Shown here: positions 40,131 through 51,088 of the stretch, piece after piece
Numbering within the stretch: position 1 is the first letter of the stretch
Layout: every line of letters starts with the position of its first letter
Assembly: GCF_010672685.1 (NCBI RefSeq)
Contig: NZ_JAAHGA010000036.1
Span: forward strand, 7,773-71,772
Reading direction: 5' to 3'
From: Okeania sp. SIO1H2
GTDB taxonomy: Bacteria; Cyanobacteriota; Cyanobacteriia; Cyanobacteriales; Microcoleaceae
Length of the DNA stretch: 64,000 nt
The notes under the pieces: generated by a model
The model's input: only the letters and a program-made list of their open reading frames with translations
The model's database searches: none
What the model was told of the DNA's origin: nothing
Program-made: the position numbers and the translations under genes

Positions 40131-40631
40131 TTAAAAGTCAGGAGCATTTCCTGGCCCTAATTGATCGGGTAAGAAGAGGTTTTGAGCACTATCGTTTTGA
40201 TAGATACAATTAATCTCTGGATCGTCATTAATATCTCCGGTATAACCAAAGGTATTCATTCTATTTTTACAATCCCGTACTTGCTCATTATTGACTAAGT
40301 TTCTTTTCTCTAGAATTGACCAGTTATTTCTGCGGATGACACACCCTGGTTTCATATTTGGTTGAGATACATATACGTTAAAAGGATTTAGAGTCAAGAA
40401 AACTCTCATATTCATTACCATAGCACTAGCTCCAAACTGTACACAAAGTTCTGGGTTTGGTACGCTGCGATCGATAAATTCACGAGAGGCCACATTTTGG
40501 GGAGTAAAGTTAGCGGTAGAGCTAAAGGCAATGCCAATGCCAATACCTAAAACAAATACTCCTCCTAAAATTGCTATAGTGGCATAGTTGAATCTAGATG
40601 GTTGGGTGGTAGTTTGAGGTCTACGTTTCAT
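40131..40631 (-). CDS. Hypothetical protein with a single N-terminal TM anchor (conserved cyanobacterial type)
   Basis: 'YATIAILGGVFVLGIGIGIAF' is a TM segment, followed by a 140-aa soluble domain with no recognised motif. Confidence 0.4.
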   Translation of the reverse strand: MKRRPQTTTQPSRFNYATIAILGGVFVLGIGIGIAFSSTANFTPQNVASREFIDRSVPNPELCVQFGASAMVMNMRVFLTLNPFNVYVSQPNMKPGCVIRRNNWSILEKRNLVNNEQVRDCKNRMNTFGYTGDINDDPEINCIYQNDSAQNLFLPDQLGPGNAPDF

Positions 40632-41143
40632 ATAAATAAAAGTTAAGTTATGGAGCTTAGGCTATAAACTAATAGTGGACGAGCTAAATTTAGATTTTTA
40701 CTTTCCTAGTTTGACAAGCAAGTATGTATAATTTTACCAGGTAGGTTATTTGTCCTTAAGTAAGCATAAATAACCATCAGTAAATTACCTAATTTGGAAA
40801 TTTTTTGATTAATACTATCATAATTCTCAAATTAGAACGATTAAGTCAAAATTTAAAGGTCAAAAGTCAGATAACCCCCTAGTTGAGTAATGTTAAGTTT
40901 TATGTTATAATATTTCCAATATATGCTCATAATTTTTGAGTGTAGGCCAAAATATATATCAAATAATATTTAGCTATATGTTTGTTTTCGGGTAAGTTCT
41001 AATGAGTTAGCATTCCTGAAAGGTAAAATATTTGGCAAATATTATTGAACAGAGTTAAGTATTTCTACTTTATGTCTAGCCTAAGCATTGGTCTAGACTA
41101 ATGTGTCTATGTCGTATTAGAATTTTTTAATCAGGATAGAGTA

Positions 41144-41431
41144 GTGTCTGTCGAGACTATAGAAAAGCGTTCCACTTCCACAGTCCGTAAACCTGCACCA
41201 CGTTATCGTGTTTTACTCCATAACGATGATTTTAATAGTATGGAGTATGTAGTGCAAGCATTGATGAAGACAGTGCCGAGTCTAACTCAACCCCAAGCTG
41301 TCGATATTATGATGGAAGCTCACAGTAATGGTATTGCATTGGTGATTACCTGCGCTTTAGAACACGCTGAGTTTTATTGCGAAAATTTAAAAAATCAGGG
41401 ACTAACTAGCACTATAGAACCTGATGAGTGA
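41144..41431 (+). CDS. clpS: ATP-dependent Clp protease adaptor ClpS
   Basis: 'YRVLLHNDDFNSMEYVVQALMK...QAVDIMMEAHSNGIALVITCALEHAEFY' is the ClpS core fold sequence. 95 aa. Confidence 0.85.
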   Translation: MSVETIEKRSTSTVRKPAPRYRVLLHNDDFNSMEYVVQALMKTVPSLTQPQAVDIMMEAHSNGIALVITCALEHAEFYCENLKNQGLTSTIEPDE

Positions 41432-41492
41432 TTTAATTGTAATATAGAAGCCGAGTTTCTACCTTGAGAAGCTCGGTTTCTCATTTGTATAG

Positions 41493-42530
41493 GTGTTGGT
41501 AGTGCCTAATTTATCATTTGGCAAAATTGCAAAGTTTTCGGTTTCTATCAGAATAGGAATTTTTATTTTAACATTATTTCTGGGTTGGATACCACTAGCA
41601 GCACCAATATATTTTTTTGGGCGAGATGCAAATTTAGCGAGTATATTGGCGATCGCTCTATTATATATAGAGTTTATTATTTTAGTCCAGTTTTGGGGAA
41701 AGAAAGTTTATCAACAACCACACCTACTACGTCACTACGGTTTAGAAATAAGTAGGGTCAACTTTCAGAATTTTTTTCAAGGTTTAGGAATAGGTTTAGT
41801 TAGTCTGTTTGGTTTTTTTATTTTAGAAACGTTTCTGGGATGGGTAATATGGCAGTCACCTTCAGCAAAGTTACCTCAATTTATTCTGGAAGGTTTATTG
41901 GTATCTGTGGGTATTGGTTTTGCTGAGGAGTTACTATTTCGAGGGTGGTTATTGGATGAGTTGGAGCGAGACTACAAACCAAAAGTAGCTTTGTGGGTAA
42001 GTAGTATTGTGTATGCCTTACTACACTTTATTAAACCAGTTGAGGAAATTTTGCGGATTTGGTTTCAGTTTCCTGGTTTGGTGTTGTTAGGTTTAATCTT
42101 TGTTTGGGCAAAACGTGGATCAGTTGAAGAAGGAAGAAGGAAGAAGGAAGAAGGAAGAAGGCATCCCCCCTTGCCCCCCTTTGAAAGGAAGAAGGAAGAA
42201 GGCATCCCCCCTTGCCCCCCTTTGAAAGGAAGAAGGAAGAAGTGGATGGTGACTCAAAACCCAACTAATTATCAACACCGTGTAGATAGCGGGGTATTAA
42301 ACCCAAAAGAAAAAGATAAATTGACTTATTATCAACAACAATTATTGGGTTTGCCTATTGGTATTCATGCTGGTTTTGTTTGGGGTTATTACATTATTAA
42401 TGTGGGTGGTTTAGTTAAGTATTCTAGTGTAGTTGGAGAGTGGATAGTTGGGATAAATGGTAATCCTTTAGCAGGTGTAATGGGGTGGTTTTTTTTAGGA
42501 GCGATCGCTTTGTTTATTCAGCGAAAGTGA
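41493..42530 (+). CDS. CPBP-family intramembrane metalloprotease (CAAX protease / Abi-like) carrying an in-frame repeat-element insertion
   Basis: Motif 1 'EELLFRGWL', motif 2 'YALLHF' and motif 3 'GIHAGFVWG'. Residues 'VEEGRRKKEEGRRHPPLPPFERKKEEGIPPCPPLKGRRKKWMVTQNPTNYQHRVDSGVLNPKEKDKL' are encoded by (GAAGGAA)n plus the GGGGTATTAAACCC element at 42120-42322. Confidence 0.7.
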   Translation: MLVVPNLSFGKIAKFSVSIRIGIFILTLFLGWIPLAAPIYFFGRDANLASILAIALLYIEFIILVQFWGKKVYQQPHLLRHYGLEISRVNFQNFFQGLGIGLVSLFGFFILETFLGWVIWQSPSAKLPQFILEGLLVSVGIGFAEELLFRGWLLDELERDYKPKVALWVSSIVYALLHFIKPVEEILRIWFQFPGLVLLGLIFVWAKRGSVEEGRRKKEEGRRHPPLPPFERKKEEGIPPCPPLKGRRKKWMVTQNPTNYQHRVDSGVLNPKEKDKLTYYQQQLLGLPIGIHAGFVWGYYIINVGGLVKYSSVVGEWIVGINGNPLAGVMGWFFLGAIALFIQRK

Positions 42531-42759
42531 ATTGGTATAACCTAGAGGTAGTTATAGTCATTTAACTTTAGATTGAGACAAAGCTTTCTTGCTATGAGGG
42601 AGTTTCAGACGAAAAAACGTCTCATTTTTAAGTTAAACTACTATATATCATGTCTGGATAATAGCGTTCTGATTCAATATCAAATTGCTAATAGCTATAA
42701 TGCTTATAGAACAAGTTTTTTGGGGAATTTATAATTTATAAAGCGACAAGTCTAATATT

Positions 42760-44139
42760 TTATACAGTTGCAACAGAGGTAGGTTTTGTTTGTGACAGTA
42801 TGCGTTTAGCTTTCATCAGCATTTTTACTCCTCCCTTGGGTCCTAAAGTTACTCCTCGACGTTGGGGTTTTACAGGTTGATTTTCTGCTAATTCCATCTC
42901 GAAATTAGATAATAGAGTTGCCAATACCAAGCGCATCTCAAAATCTGCTAGTGCCATTCCCAAACAGCGACGACTGCCACCTCCAAATGGCAAATATTCA
43001 TAGGGAGAAAACTTCTTCTCCAAAAATCGCTCTGGCTTAAACTTTTTCGGTTCTGGGTACAAATCTTCTCGTTGGTGAGTCAAATAAATAGAACCACGAA
43101 TTGTTGTATCTGCTTCCAAGTGATAACCCTGCAACTCAACAGGTTGTTTTGTCCGACGAGGAAATGTCATAACTACTACTGGATATATTCGTAAGGTTTC
43201 CTGACAAACTGCTGTGAGATAGGGTAAACGGAATATTGTCATGGGTTCAGCATCTATTTCCAGAGTTGTCAACTCTTCGATCAACTTTTGATACACTTGT
43301 GGTTGTTTATGAACCCAATAAACTGCCCAAGCTAGAGCTGTTGCAGTGGTTTCGTGACCAGCCAATAACAATGTCATCAACTCATCCCGAATTTCTTGGT
43401 CTGTCATACCTTGACCTTCTTCATCTTGTGCTAATAGCATTAAGGTCAAGATATCAGTACGATTTGGATCTAGTTGAGAGCGGCGAGTGGCAATTTCTGT
43501 ATATAGGAGTTCATTAAGTTTTTGTTGTTGACGCTGATACTTACCCCAAGGACTCCAAGGGCCTAAATCCTTTTGCAACCAGGGAAAAAATAATAAACTA
43601 GCTCGGAGTGGAGAAGCTGTGAGTTCAAGAAAATCTGTCAACATTGACCTAATTTGTGATAAGCGGGGGCTATCATATAGACCAAAAACAGTTTGGAGTA
43701 TCACCTGCATCGTAATTTCTTGCATCAGTTTACGGGCAATAAATGTTTTACTCACTGTTAAGTTGCTGGCTACTTCTTTGGTGATGTTACAGATTAAATC
43801 ACCATAGTTCCGCATTCTGTTGCCATGAAAGGGAGGCATTAATAATTTGCGTTCTCGACGGTGGCGATCACCTTCTAAGCAAGAAATTGAGTATTCCCCA
43901 AACACTGATTGTAAAAGTTTATTAGCAGGAACTTCATACTCATTATTATCCTTTGTCAATACCTCCTGCAAAGCTTGCGGACTGCTGAGGATCACAGCTT
44001 TCTCAGCAGGAGCAGGAGTTATCATGGTAAAAATATCTCCATACTTCTTGGCATAAAATTCAAGAGTATTGAGTGGAGCGAGAACCAATTGCAGTCTCTG
44101 AAAGAGGGGTGGTGTTTTTGAGCCTTTGATTAATTTCAT
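42760..44139 (-). CDS. Cytochrome P450
   Basis: Heme-binding loop 'FGGGSRRCLGMALA'. ExxR 'ETLRIYP'. I-helix 'AGHETTA'. Confidence 0.85.
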   Translation of the reverse strand: MKLIKGSKTPPLFQRLQLVLAPLNTLEFYAKKYGDIFTMITPAPAEKAVILSSPQALQEVLTKDNNEYEVPANKLLQSVFGEYSISCLEGDRHRRERKLLMPPFHGNRMRNYGDLICNITKEVASNLTVSKTFIARKLMQEITMQVILQTVFGLYDSPRLSQIRSMLTDFLELTASPLRASLLFFPWLQKDLGPWSPWGKYQRQQQKLNELLYTEIATRRSQLDPNRTDILTLMLLAQDEEGQGMTDQEIRDELMTLLLAGHETTATALAWAVYWVHKQPQVYQKLIEELTTLEIDAEPMTIFRLPYLTAVCQETLRIYPVVVMTFPRRTKQPVELQGYHLEADTTIRGSIYLTHQREDLYPEPKKFKPERFLEKKFSPYEYLPFGGGSRRCLGMALADFEMRLVLATLLSNFEMELAENQPVKPQRRGVTLGPKGGVKMLMKAKRILSQTKPTSVATV

Positions 44140-44668
44140 ATTAGATTTGTGAATTTTTAGACTGTTTAATGTTAGAAGTTAACAAGAGCATTTTATCGGT
44201 TTTTTTGTCTCAGATTTAATACCCTAGTGTTATACAAATTTTTATGTTGGCGACAACCGTTTGCGTAGCATTCCGTAGGAAAACAATTAATTATTAATTA
44301 TTACCTCTCTTTGGCCAAGTTCTTTACATTGGACAAGTTTTTTCGCACTTTCAGGAGTTTTATCCCCTCAATCCATTTTTTTAATCTTTTTTTACCAAAT
44401 AATTAAGGTTTAAAGCCTCTCCTTTGAAGGAGAAACAAGCGGTCCTCTTCGGAGCTTCCCGTAGGGTGGGATGGCGCAATTCGGAGCAGCTCTGATAAGA
44501 GCGGGTATCCTCACCATATCCATGATACCAAGAGAAGAAAAAATTTTCATGATTAGTCAATCCTCTTCTTTTCAAGGAGAGGTAATTGTTAATTATTAAT
44601 TATTAATTGTTGAAAGATACCCTCTAGTAATTAGTATTAGAAGGTAGAGAGTTGAAGCATCATACAAT

Positions 44669-45613
44669 TCAAATATCTTGTCTATTTCTGGCATCTAAAA
44701 ATTTTAATTGTTGATACAACATTCCAATTTTATCTAGCTGAATACCTGCTGCACCTGCCATTCGTAAGGGGTTGCCAATAATACTTTCTATTTCTAAAGG
44801 TTGTCGTCGCTCATAATCAATTTTCATGCTAGTTAAATAAGGGTTTAATTTGTCAGTATGGTCTAACATATTTTGAATATAACTATCTGGAACTTGGCAC
44901 TTACAACTTTTTGCACCCTCCAATACTTCCTGCATTATTTCTGTGATTAAGTTTCTAGTATGAGTGTCTCCCATCATTTCATCAGTTCGAGCATCTAGAA
45001 TTACTGACAAGCTGTTATAAGGAATATTCCAAACTAATTTTTTCCATCTTTCTTGAAATAAATCTTCAGTCAAATTAACTTGTATTCCAGCACTTTCAAA
45101 ATCCTGGGAAATTTCACGCATTTTATTAGTAATACTAGCAGGTTGATAATTTGTGGCATATTTTCCGATTCTAATCAAACCATAATCTACATGGCGAATA
45201 TGACCGTGACCTATTTTATTAGAAGCAATATTAGATACTCCTCCAATCACTCTTTCTTCACCAAAAATTTTGGCTATTTCAGGTTCTGCACCCAATCCAT
45301 TTTGTAAGAGTAAGACAACGTTATTTTCTTGGCACAAAGGTGGGAGTAATTCTGGTAATAAATAGTTTTGCGTTGTTTTTAATGCTACGAGAATTACATC
45401 ACATTTTGGCATTTTATTAGTATTGTTATAGGCGTTAATTTGAGGGAGGGTAAAGTCGCCATTTTTGGATTCTATGATTAAGCCATTTTTGAGAACGTGC
45501 TGATAATCACTACGCAGTAAAAAATGAACTTCTAATCCTGCTTTTTGTAGTTTTGCACCGTAAAAACCTCCTAGTGCGCCACTGCCAATAATCGCGTAAG
45601 TATTTTTTGACAT
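44669..45613 (-). CDS. panE: 2-dehydropantoate 2-reductase (ketopantoate reductase)
   Basis: N-terminal Rossmann 'YAIIGSGALGGFYGAKL'. Matches ApbA/PanE family architecture. 314 aa. Confidence 0.75.
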   Translation of the reverse strand: MSKNTYAIIGSGALGGFYGAKLQKAGLEVHFLLRSDYQHVLKNGLIIESKNGDFTLPQINAYNNTNKMPKCDVILVALKTTQNYLLPELLPPLCQENNVVLLLQNGLGAEPEIAKIFGEERVIGGVSNIASNKIGHGHIRHVDYGLIRIGKYATNYQPASITNKMREISQDFESAGIQVNLTEDLFQERWKKLVWNIPYNSLSVILDARTDEMMGDTHTRNLITEIMQEVLEGAKSCKCQVPDSYIQNMLDHTDKLNPYLTSMKIDYERRQPLEIESIIGNPLRMAGAAGIQLDKIGMLYQQLKFLDARNRQDI

Positions 45614-46400
45614 TTTATTGAACTTAAATTCGACTCTGTTTCTATTTTATTGTAAGCATTTCCTACGGAATGCTGCGCAAACAGCTATTAGCTGTCAGCT
45701 CTCAACAACAAGACTCTCTCATATAGGACAGTGTTTAAATTAATATAGACTTTAAGGGCAAGGGAGCTAACTTTTGCAGTAAGACAATTAATAAAGCTTT
45801 TATCGTAAACTAAAAGCAATAGCTAATAGTTATGACTGACCGTTGAATGCTTCAATAAAAGTTTTATTTAAACCCTGTTATTAAGAGCGAAGTATTAAAT
45901 TTTTGTACTTCATATACTTGCATTTTGCTGTATTAAACTCAGCTCTATAATTATTTTGTCTGTTCAAATTTTTCAACTTTAATTTTGTTACATGAATATT
46001 CTTTCCATTATCCACTTTGAAATTTGTCCTAAAGCAAATCTTCCTGCCAATGCTAGGAAAATATAATACAGTAGATTCCAATTTAATGAGGTACACCAGT
46101 TGTGGGCAAGATGCCCGCACTACAAACATTTAATTGTTAATCTCTGTACTTCTTATGGGAGGAATTTGCTGTAATTTATATTTATCACTCCAGCTTCAGT
46201 TTCTAGAATGTTCTGAACAAAGAAAGATAGAAAAAAATAGCAGGCAAAAACAGTACTAAAACTTTAGTTTTAGTGTTTATAAAAGTTATAGCAGTCGAAG
46301 GAAAGGTTAGGACAGATAAAAAATTTAAAACTCAGACAAAGCAATATTTTTCTTTATTCCCTCTTCCTTCTACTATGCACCAATTCCTGAAAATAATGCT

Positions 46401-46841
46401 CTACTTATATTCATTGTTAATTTTTGAATAACTAGGAAAACTCAATAACCATTTCCTCATTTCATCAGATAATTTTTGCCTACTTCTACTTTGAGGATGA
46501 ATACAAACGTGCTTCGTAATAGCTCTCGCCACCCACTTATCTCCTGCCTCTTTTAAAAAGACTTGATAGAAAATTTCAAACTCATCATCTCCCCAATTTT
46601 TAGGCATTAATTCAATAGTTAACTCATCTCCACAAAACATCGGGCGACGAAAATCAACATTAGCATGAATAATCGGAATAGCCATTTCTTGATTACTAAA
46701 AAAGACTTTCAGATTAATACCAAATTCTCCTAAAGATGCCTCATAAGCTTCATGGCACATTGCTAAAACATTAGCAAAATAAACCACTCCAGCAGCATCG
46801 GTATCTTGAAAATGAACTATTCTTGTATAGTAAAAAGACAT
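46401..46841 (-). CDS. Hotdog-fold acyl-CoA thioesterase (YbgC / 4HBT-like; possibly DHNA-CoA thioesterase type)
   Basis: 'YYTRIVHFQDTDAAGVVYFANVLAMCHEA' carries the 4HBT catalytic Asp motif. Confidence 0.65.
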   Translation of the reverse strand: MSFYYTRIVHFQDTDAAGVVYFANVLAMCHEAYEASLGEFGINLKVFFSNQEMAIPIIHANVDFRRPMFCGDELTIELMPKNWGDDEFEIFYQVFLKEAGDKWVARAITKHVCIHPQSRSRQKLSDEMRKWLLSFPSYSKINNEYK

Positions 46842-46974
46842 TTATAAAGATAGGTTTAATAGTTAAGTTGAAGAAAGTTTTAGGTGGAAGCTTTTAGGTT
46901 CAATTGAAGATTTAATTCCAAGCAATTTATAGATACTGTGAAAACGGTCATATTTTCTATACCTATAACCTACA

Positions 46975-47640
46975 ACCTGCCATCTACCACTTAAGGAAGG
47001 ATAAGGACAATAAATCATATATTCAGGAATTAGGGATTTTTGAGTTCTAAACGCTACATATCTGTAACGTTATAGTTTTTGTTTCCTATATATAGTGTCT
47101 TTACCTAAATTCTGATAATCTGACACCTACCACTAAAGCAAAGGTAGGGATAATAAATCATATATTTAAGAATTAGGGATTTTTAATTTCTAAACACTAC
47201 ATATCTATAACGTTATAGTTTTTGTTCTCTATATATAGTTTCTTTACCTAAATAGAGTAGGAACAATTAATCATAATATTCAGGAATTAGGGATTTTTGA
47301 GTTCTAAACACTACATATCTGTAACGTTATAGTTTTTGTTTCCTATATATAGTGTCTTTACCTAAATATCGATCGCCTAACACCTACCACTAAAGCAAAG
47401 GTAGGGATAATAAATCATATATTTAAGAATTAGGGATTTTTAAGTTCTAAACGCTACATATCTGTAACGTTATAGTTTTTGCTCTCTATATATAGTGTAC
47501 TTGCCTAAATTTTGATAATCTAACACCTACCACTAAAGCAAAGGTAGGGATAATAAATCATATATTTAAGAATTAAGGATTTTTGAGTTCTAAACACTAC
47601 AGATATGTAACGTTATAGTTTTTGCTCACTATATATAGTA
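46975..47640. repeat. Tandem array of ~5 copies of a ~135-bp unit (satellite-like; not CRISPR)
   Basis: The unit '...AATTAGGGATTTTTGAGTTCTAAACGCTACATATCTGTAACGTTATAGTTTTTGTTTCCTATATATAGTGTCTTTACCTAAAT...ACACCTACCACTAAAGCAAAGGTAGGGATAATAAATCATATATTTAAG' repeats head-to-tail at about 90% identity with no unique spacers. Confidence 0.8.
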
Positions 47641-47805
47641 GTTGAAGCAAAGGGTGCGGACATATCAAAAGCTTAAAACTCAGACAACGCAAGATTTTTC
47701 AGTCCTTAGCTCCTTCCTTCTTTCTTTTCTGAACAATGAACAATACTAAATTTGATTGTAGTAATTGTTCATTGAACATTCATCAGGACTAATTTTGTAA
47801 TTAAA

Positions 47806-48252
47806 TTAACCCTTATTTTTAATCATCATTACATCAATAATATTAGTAGCTACTGCTTCAGAAATTTCCAAAGCATTATATAACTCATTCAAAAGTTGTT
47901 CCTCCTCTTCAGCAAGGTCTCCATCTACTAAAACCAAGTCTGTACTAACAGCAAAAACTGTTTCCCTTAACTCCTTTGGAAGTTTAGCAACTGCAGCATC
48001 AAACAAAGGCTTAATTTCTTGATTTTTAATCATATCGAGAAGACGGTCTTGCATTTCTGTTTTACGTTCTTTTGGATAATCACTAAACAGTTGCATACGA
48101 GAGAAAATATTATTAATACCTTGAGATTCACTCTTAGTAATAACACCATCAGCAGCAACAGCAATTAAAGCGATCGCTGCAAAAGCTTCTGCCGGTTCTA
48201 ATTGAATATCAGTAGCTTGTATTGTTGTTGTTCCTTGATCGAAAAGACCCAT
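47806..48252 (-). CDS. TerB-like (tellurite-resistance TerB / DjlA-N fold) protein
   Basis: All-helical 148-aa protein with two acidic helix pairs ('AFAAIALIAVAADGVITKSE', 'VFAVSTDLVLVDGDLAEEEEQLL') typical of TerB repeats. Confidence 0.5.
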   Translation of the reverse strand: MGLFDQGTTTIQATDIQLEPAEAFAAIALIAVAADGVITKSESQGINNIFSRMQLFSDYPKERKTEMQDRLLDMIKNQEIKPLFDAAVAKLPKELRETVFAVSTDLVLVDGDLAEEEEQLLNELYNALEISEAVATNIIDVMMIKNKG

Positions 48253-48366
48253 TTTAGTACCTCATTAATGATTTTTTTACCATCTCTATTTTGGAAAAAT
48301 ATTAGGTGTTATTAAATAAGTTTTAGATTGAATCTACAACCTAAAATTTACCACCTACTACCTTCT

Positions 48367-49722
48367 TCAATACTTCTCAAAAACTGTTAAATTAGCTTTG
48401 AGAAAATCAATAAATTGTCGTGCCGTTCGCCCAGAGCGACCATTATATTTCGTAGCCCATTGTAAAGCTTGATAGTCTAAATCTTCAGGATTTAGATTAA
48501 TTTTTGCCTGTTTTGCCAGATGTCTAACAATTGTTAAATAAGTATCCTGGTTAGCAGGTTCAAAAGTTAAAGTTAAGCCAAAGCGATCGCTAAAAGAAAG
48601 CTTTTCTTGAACTGTATCCCAATTATGAACCTCATCACTATCTTTTGGGCGAGGGCGATCGTTAAAAAATTCTCTAATTAAATGCCTTCTATTTGATGTA
48701 GCATAGACTACCACATTTGTTGGTCTAGCAGTTAAATTACCCTCTAAAACAACTTTAAGAGCTTTAAAAGTATCATCATCTTCTTCAAAGGAAAGGTCAT
48801 CGACAAAGATAATAAATTTTTGTGGAATATCGCGTAATTTTTCTACAATTAATGGTAAATCTTTTAGGTTTGATTTAGCCACTTCGACTAAACGAAGATT
48901 GCGTTGACTATACTCATTTAATAAGGCTTTTATTAAAGAGGATTTGCCAGAACCGCGACTACCATAAAGTAATATATTAAGGGCTGAATATCCTGCTAGG
49001 AGAAATTCTGTATTTTTGATTAAGGCATCTTTTTGAAATTCATATCCGACCAATTCTTTTAATTCAACTGGGTCAGGGTAAGTAATAGTAAGTAGTTGAC
49101 CGTTACGCCATTCAAAGGCAATTGATTCAGCAAATAAACCAGTGCCATTATGATGATAATGAGTGGCTAAGGTCTCAATGGCATCTGCCCAATTTTCTAA
49201 TTTTTTTAACTCGTCGTAGATAGCTTCTTTTTGTTGTGATTGTATTTCCCACGCAATAGGGGGATTCTCTAATTTAGCTATTGTTTTTACCCACTGACTA
49301 ATTGTTTTACCACTGCACTGATAAAGATTTTGTAAAATTTGTAAATCATGTTTTGCAGCTGCAATTAAATTTGGAGATAGGCTGGTAATATTTATTTTTT
49401 GAACTTGTTGACTAAAGGGATTATCATCTTGAATAATCTGAGCAATTAGATATTCTTGCCAGGAAATATTTTGACTAGCAATATTTATAAACCAGTTACC
49501 ATAAGCTTGAAGGCATTCTATAGCAACTCCATCATTTTTAGACAAAGATTCTAATAATTGGATAAAAGCTTCACCCACTGTTTTTTTTAGAACAGACTTA
49601 TATAACAATAGAGATGCTATTTGCTGTTGTAAGTTTTGAATTTTGGCTAACACTTGGGAACCTAAACAAGACATAATTAATGATATGATTGCCTTATTAA
49701 ATAAAGGATCAGCACTTAGCAC
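48367..49722 (-). CDS. P-loop ATPase, DUF815-like
   Basis: Walker A 'LLYGSRGSGKSSLIKAL'. Walker B 'IIFVDDLSFEEDD'. A 451-aa α-rich N-terminal domain. Confidence 0.55.
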   Translation of the reverse strand: MLSADPLFNKAIISLIMSCLGSQVLAKIQNLQQQIASLLLYKSVLKKTVGEAFIQLLESLSKNDGVAIECLQAYGNWFINIASQNISWQEYLIAQIIQDDNPFSQQVQKINITSLSPNLIAAAKHDLQILQNLYQCSGKTISQWVKTIAKLENPPIAWEIQSQQKEAIYDELKKLENWADAIETLATHYHHNGTGLFAESIAFEWRNGQLLTITYPDPVELKELVGYEFQKDALIKNTEFLLAGYSALNILLYGSRGSGKSSLIKALLNEYSQRNLRLVEVAKSNLKDLPLIVEKLRDIPQKFIIFVDDLSFEEDDDTFKALKVVLEGNLTARPTNVVVYATSNRRHLIREFFNDRPRPKDSDEVHNWDTVQEKLSFSDRFGLTLTFEPANQDTYLTIVRHLAKQAKINLNPEDLDYQALQWATKYNGRSGRTARQFIDFLKANLTVFEKY

Positions 49723-50137
49723 TCAGCAATTAGTAGGAGCATTTTTTTTAGGTTTATAAGGGGATTTCAACTCCTACTAAACTATCTGAAACAATATTTG
49801 TTAGAGATTTTAACCCAAACTCAAAAAACTTTATAATAGCTGATAGCTTACCACTGGATACTTACCTATTTCTTTGGCGTAATGTAAATCTATGTAATTC
49901 TATAATAAATTTTACTCTTTGTAGTTATAAACCACTATTTTTTTACATTTACTTAAGATGCAATTTAAGATCGAGAAATATTTCAAAAAATGTTATTGAA
50001 TAGTTGAAAATTTCATTTTTAATCATAGTTTAATAATTATTGAATCTTGATTAAGCAATATTAAGTTTTGATAAATTGGCTAGCTATTGCCACAAATAAG
50101 CTGTATAAGTTAGTTTTAGTTTTAGGAGTTAATAATA

Positions 50138-50476
50138 ATGACTATAAATATCGCCATAATAGCAGCGATCGCCTATGGTATATTAGCCATTGTTGGGGGC
50201 ATTATTGGATATACGAAAGTAGGCAGCAAAATATCTTTAATATCTGGTAGTATCAGTGGTTTACTACTAATTGTTAGTGGAATTATTCAACTAATGGGCA
50301 TGAATTGGGGTCTAATATTTTCTACCCTCATTACAACTATTCTAGTAATTACATTCATTATTCGTTTAGCAAAAACTCGTAAAATGATGCCTGCGGGATT
50401 AATGATTTTAACTGGAGTTGCTGCTGTAGCAGTTATGGTTTATGAAATTACCATAAACAATTCAGCCACAATTTAA
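50138..50476 (+). CDS. TMEM14/UPF0136-family small membrane protein
   Basis: Four TM segments. 'GGIIGYTKVGSKISLISGSISG' matches the TMEM14 GGxxGYxKxGSxxSL motif. Confidence 0.55.
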   Translation: MTINIAIIAAIAYGILAIVGGIIGYTKVGSKISLISGSISGLLLIVSGIIQLMGMNWGLIFSTLITTILVITFIIRLAKTRKMMPAGLMILTGVAAVAVMVYEITINNSATI

Positions 50477-51088
50477 AAAGAAACGTAAGTATTTAGCCGT
50501 CAGCTTTCAGCTCCATTAGAACTAATGACTATAGCCTTTAAAGCAGAAGTTACCATTGACAGATTTTATCTAATTAAAAATATGAATTAAAAGTTTCCCT
50601 AGTAACTTCTAAAGTCTTAAAAAATGCTTACTTCATTTATTAATCAAGATGAGAGCTGACCACTAATCACTGTTTGTGGAGCATTCAGGCACGGAAATCC
50701 TTATACCAATTTCATAAACTTGAGCTACTTAGGTTTGGAGTAGTCAGTAGTCAGTAGTCAGTAGTCAGGAGGTAAGGTGAGTAGCCTTACTTTTTGAATT
50801 TGGTATTACAAAGAAACAAAGAATATGGAAGAGATAAAAAAGTAGAAACTTGCTCAATAGACATATAGATATCTCCAGAAAAGAGATAACAGGTAACAGG
50901 AAGAAATAATAGAAATCATCAATTATTTCTCCCTACTCCCCTACTCCCCTACTCCCTGCTCCCTACTCCCTACTCCCTAAATTGGGATTAATCAACCCAT
51001 TAGCCGTACCAAAAAGATTAATTGGACTCTTACCATCAGTAATTAAAACACTCTGAAGACCAAGCCCCTACAACAACCTCGCCTGCAT

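Noticed and set aside
46975-47640. Possible CRISPR array (regular ~135-bp periodicity)
   Set aside because: The whole unit repeats with no unique spacers, the unit is far longer than a CRISPR repeat, and no cas genes are nearby. Called as a tandem satellite-like repeat instead.
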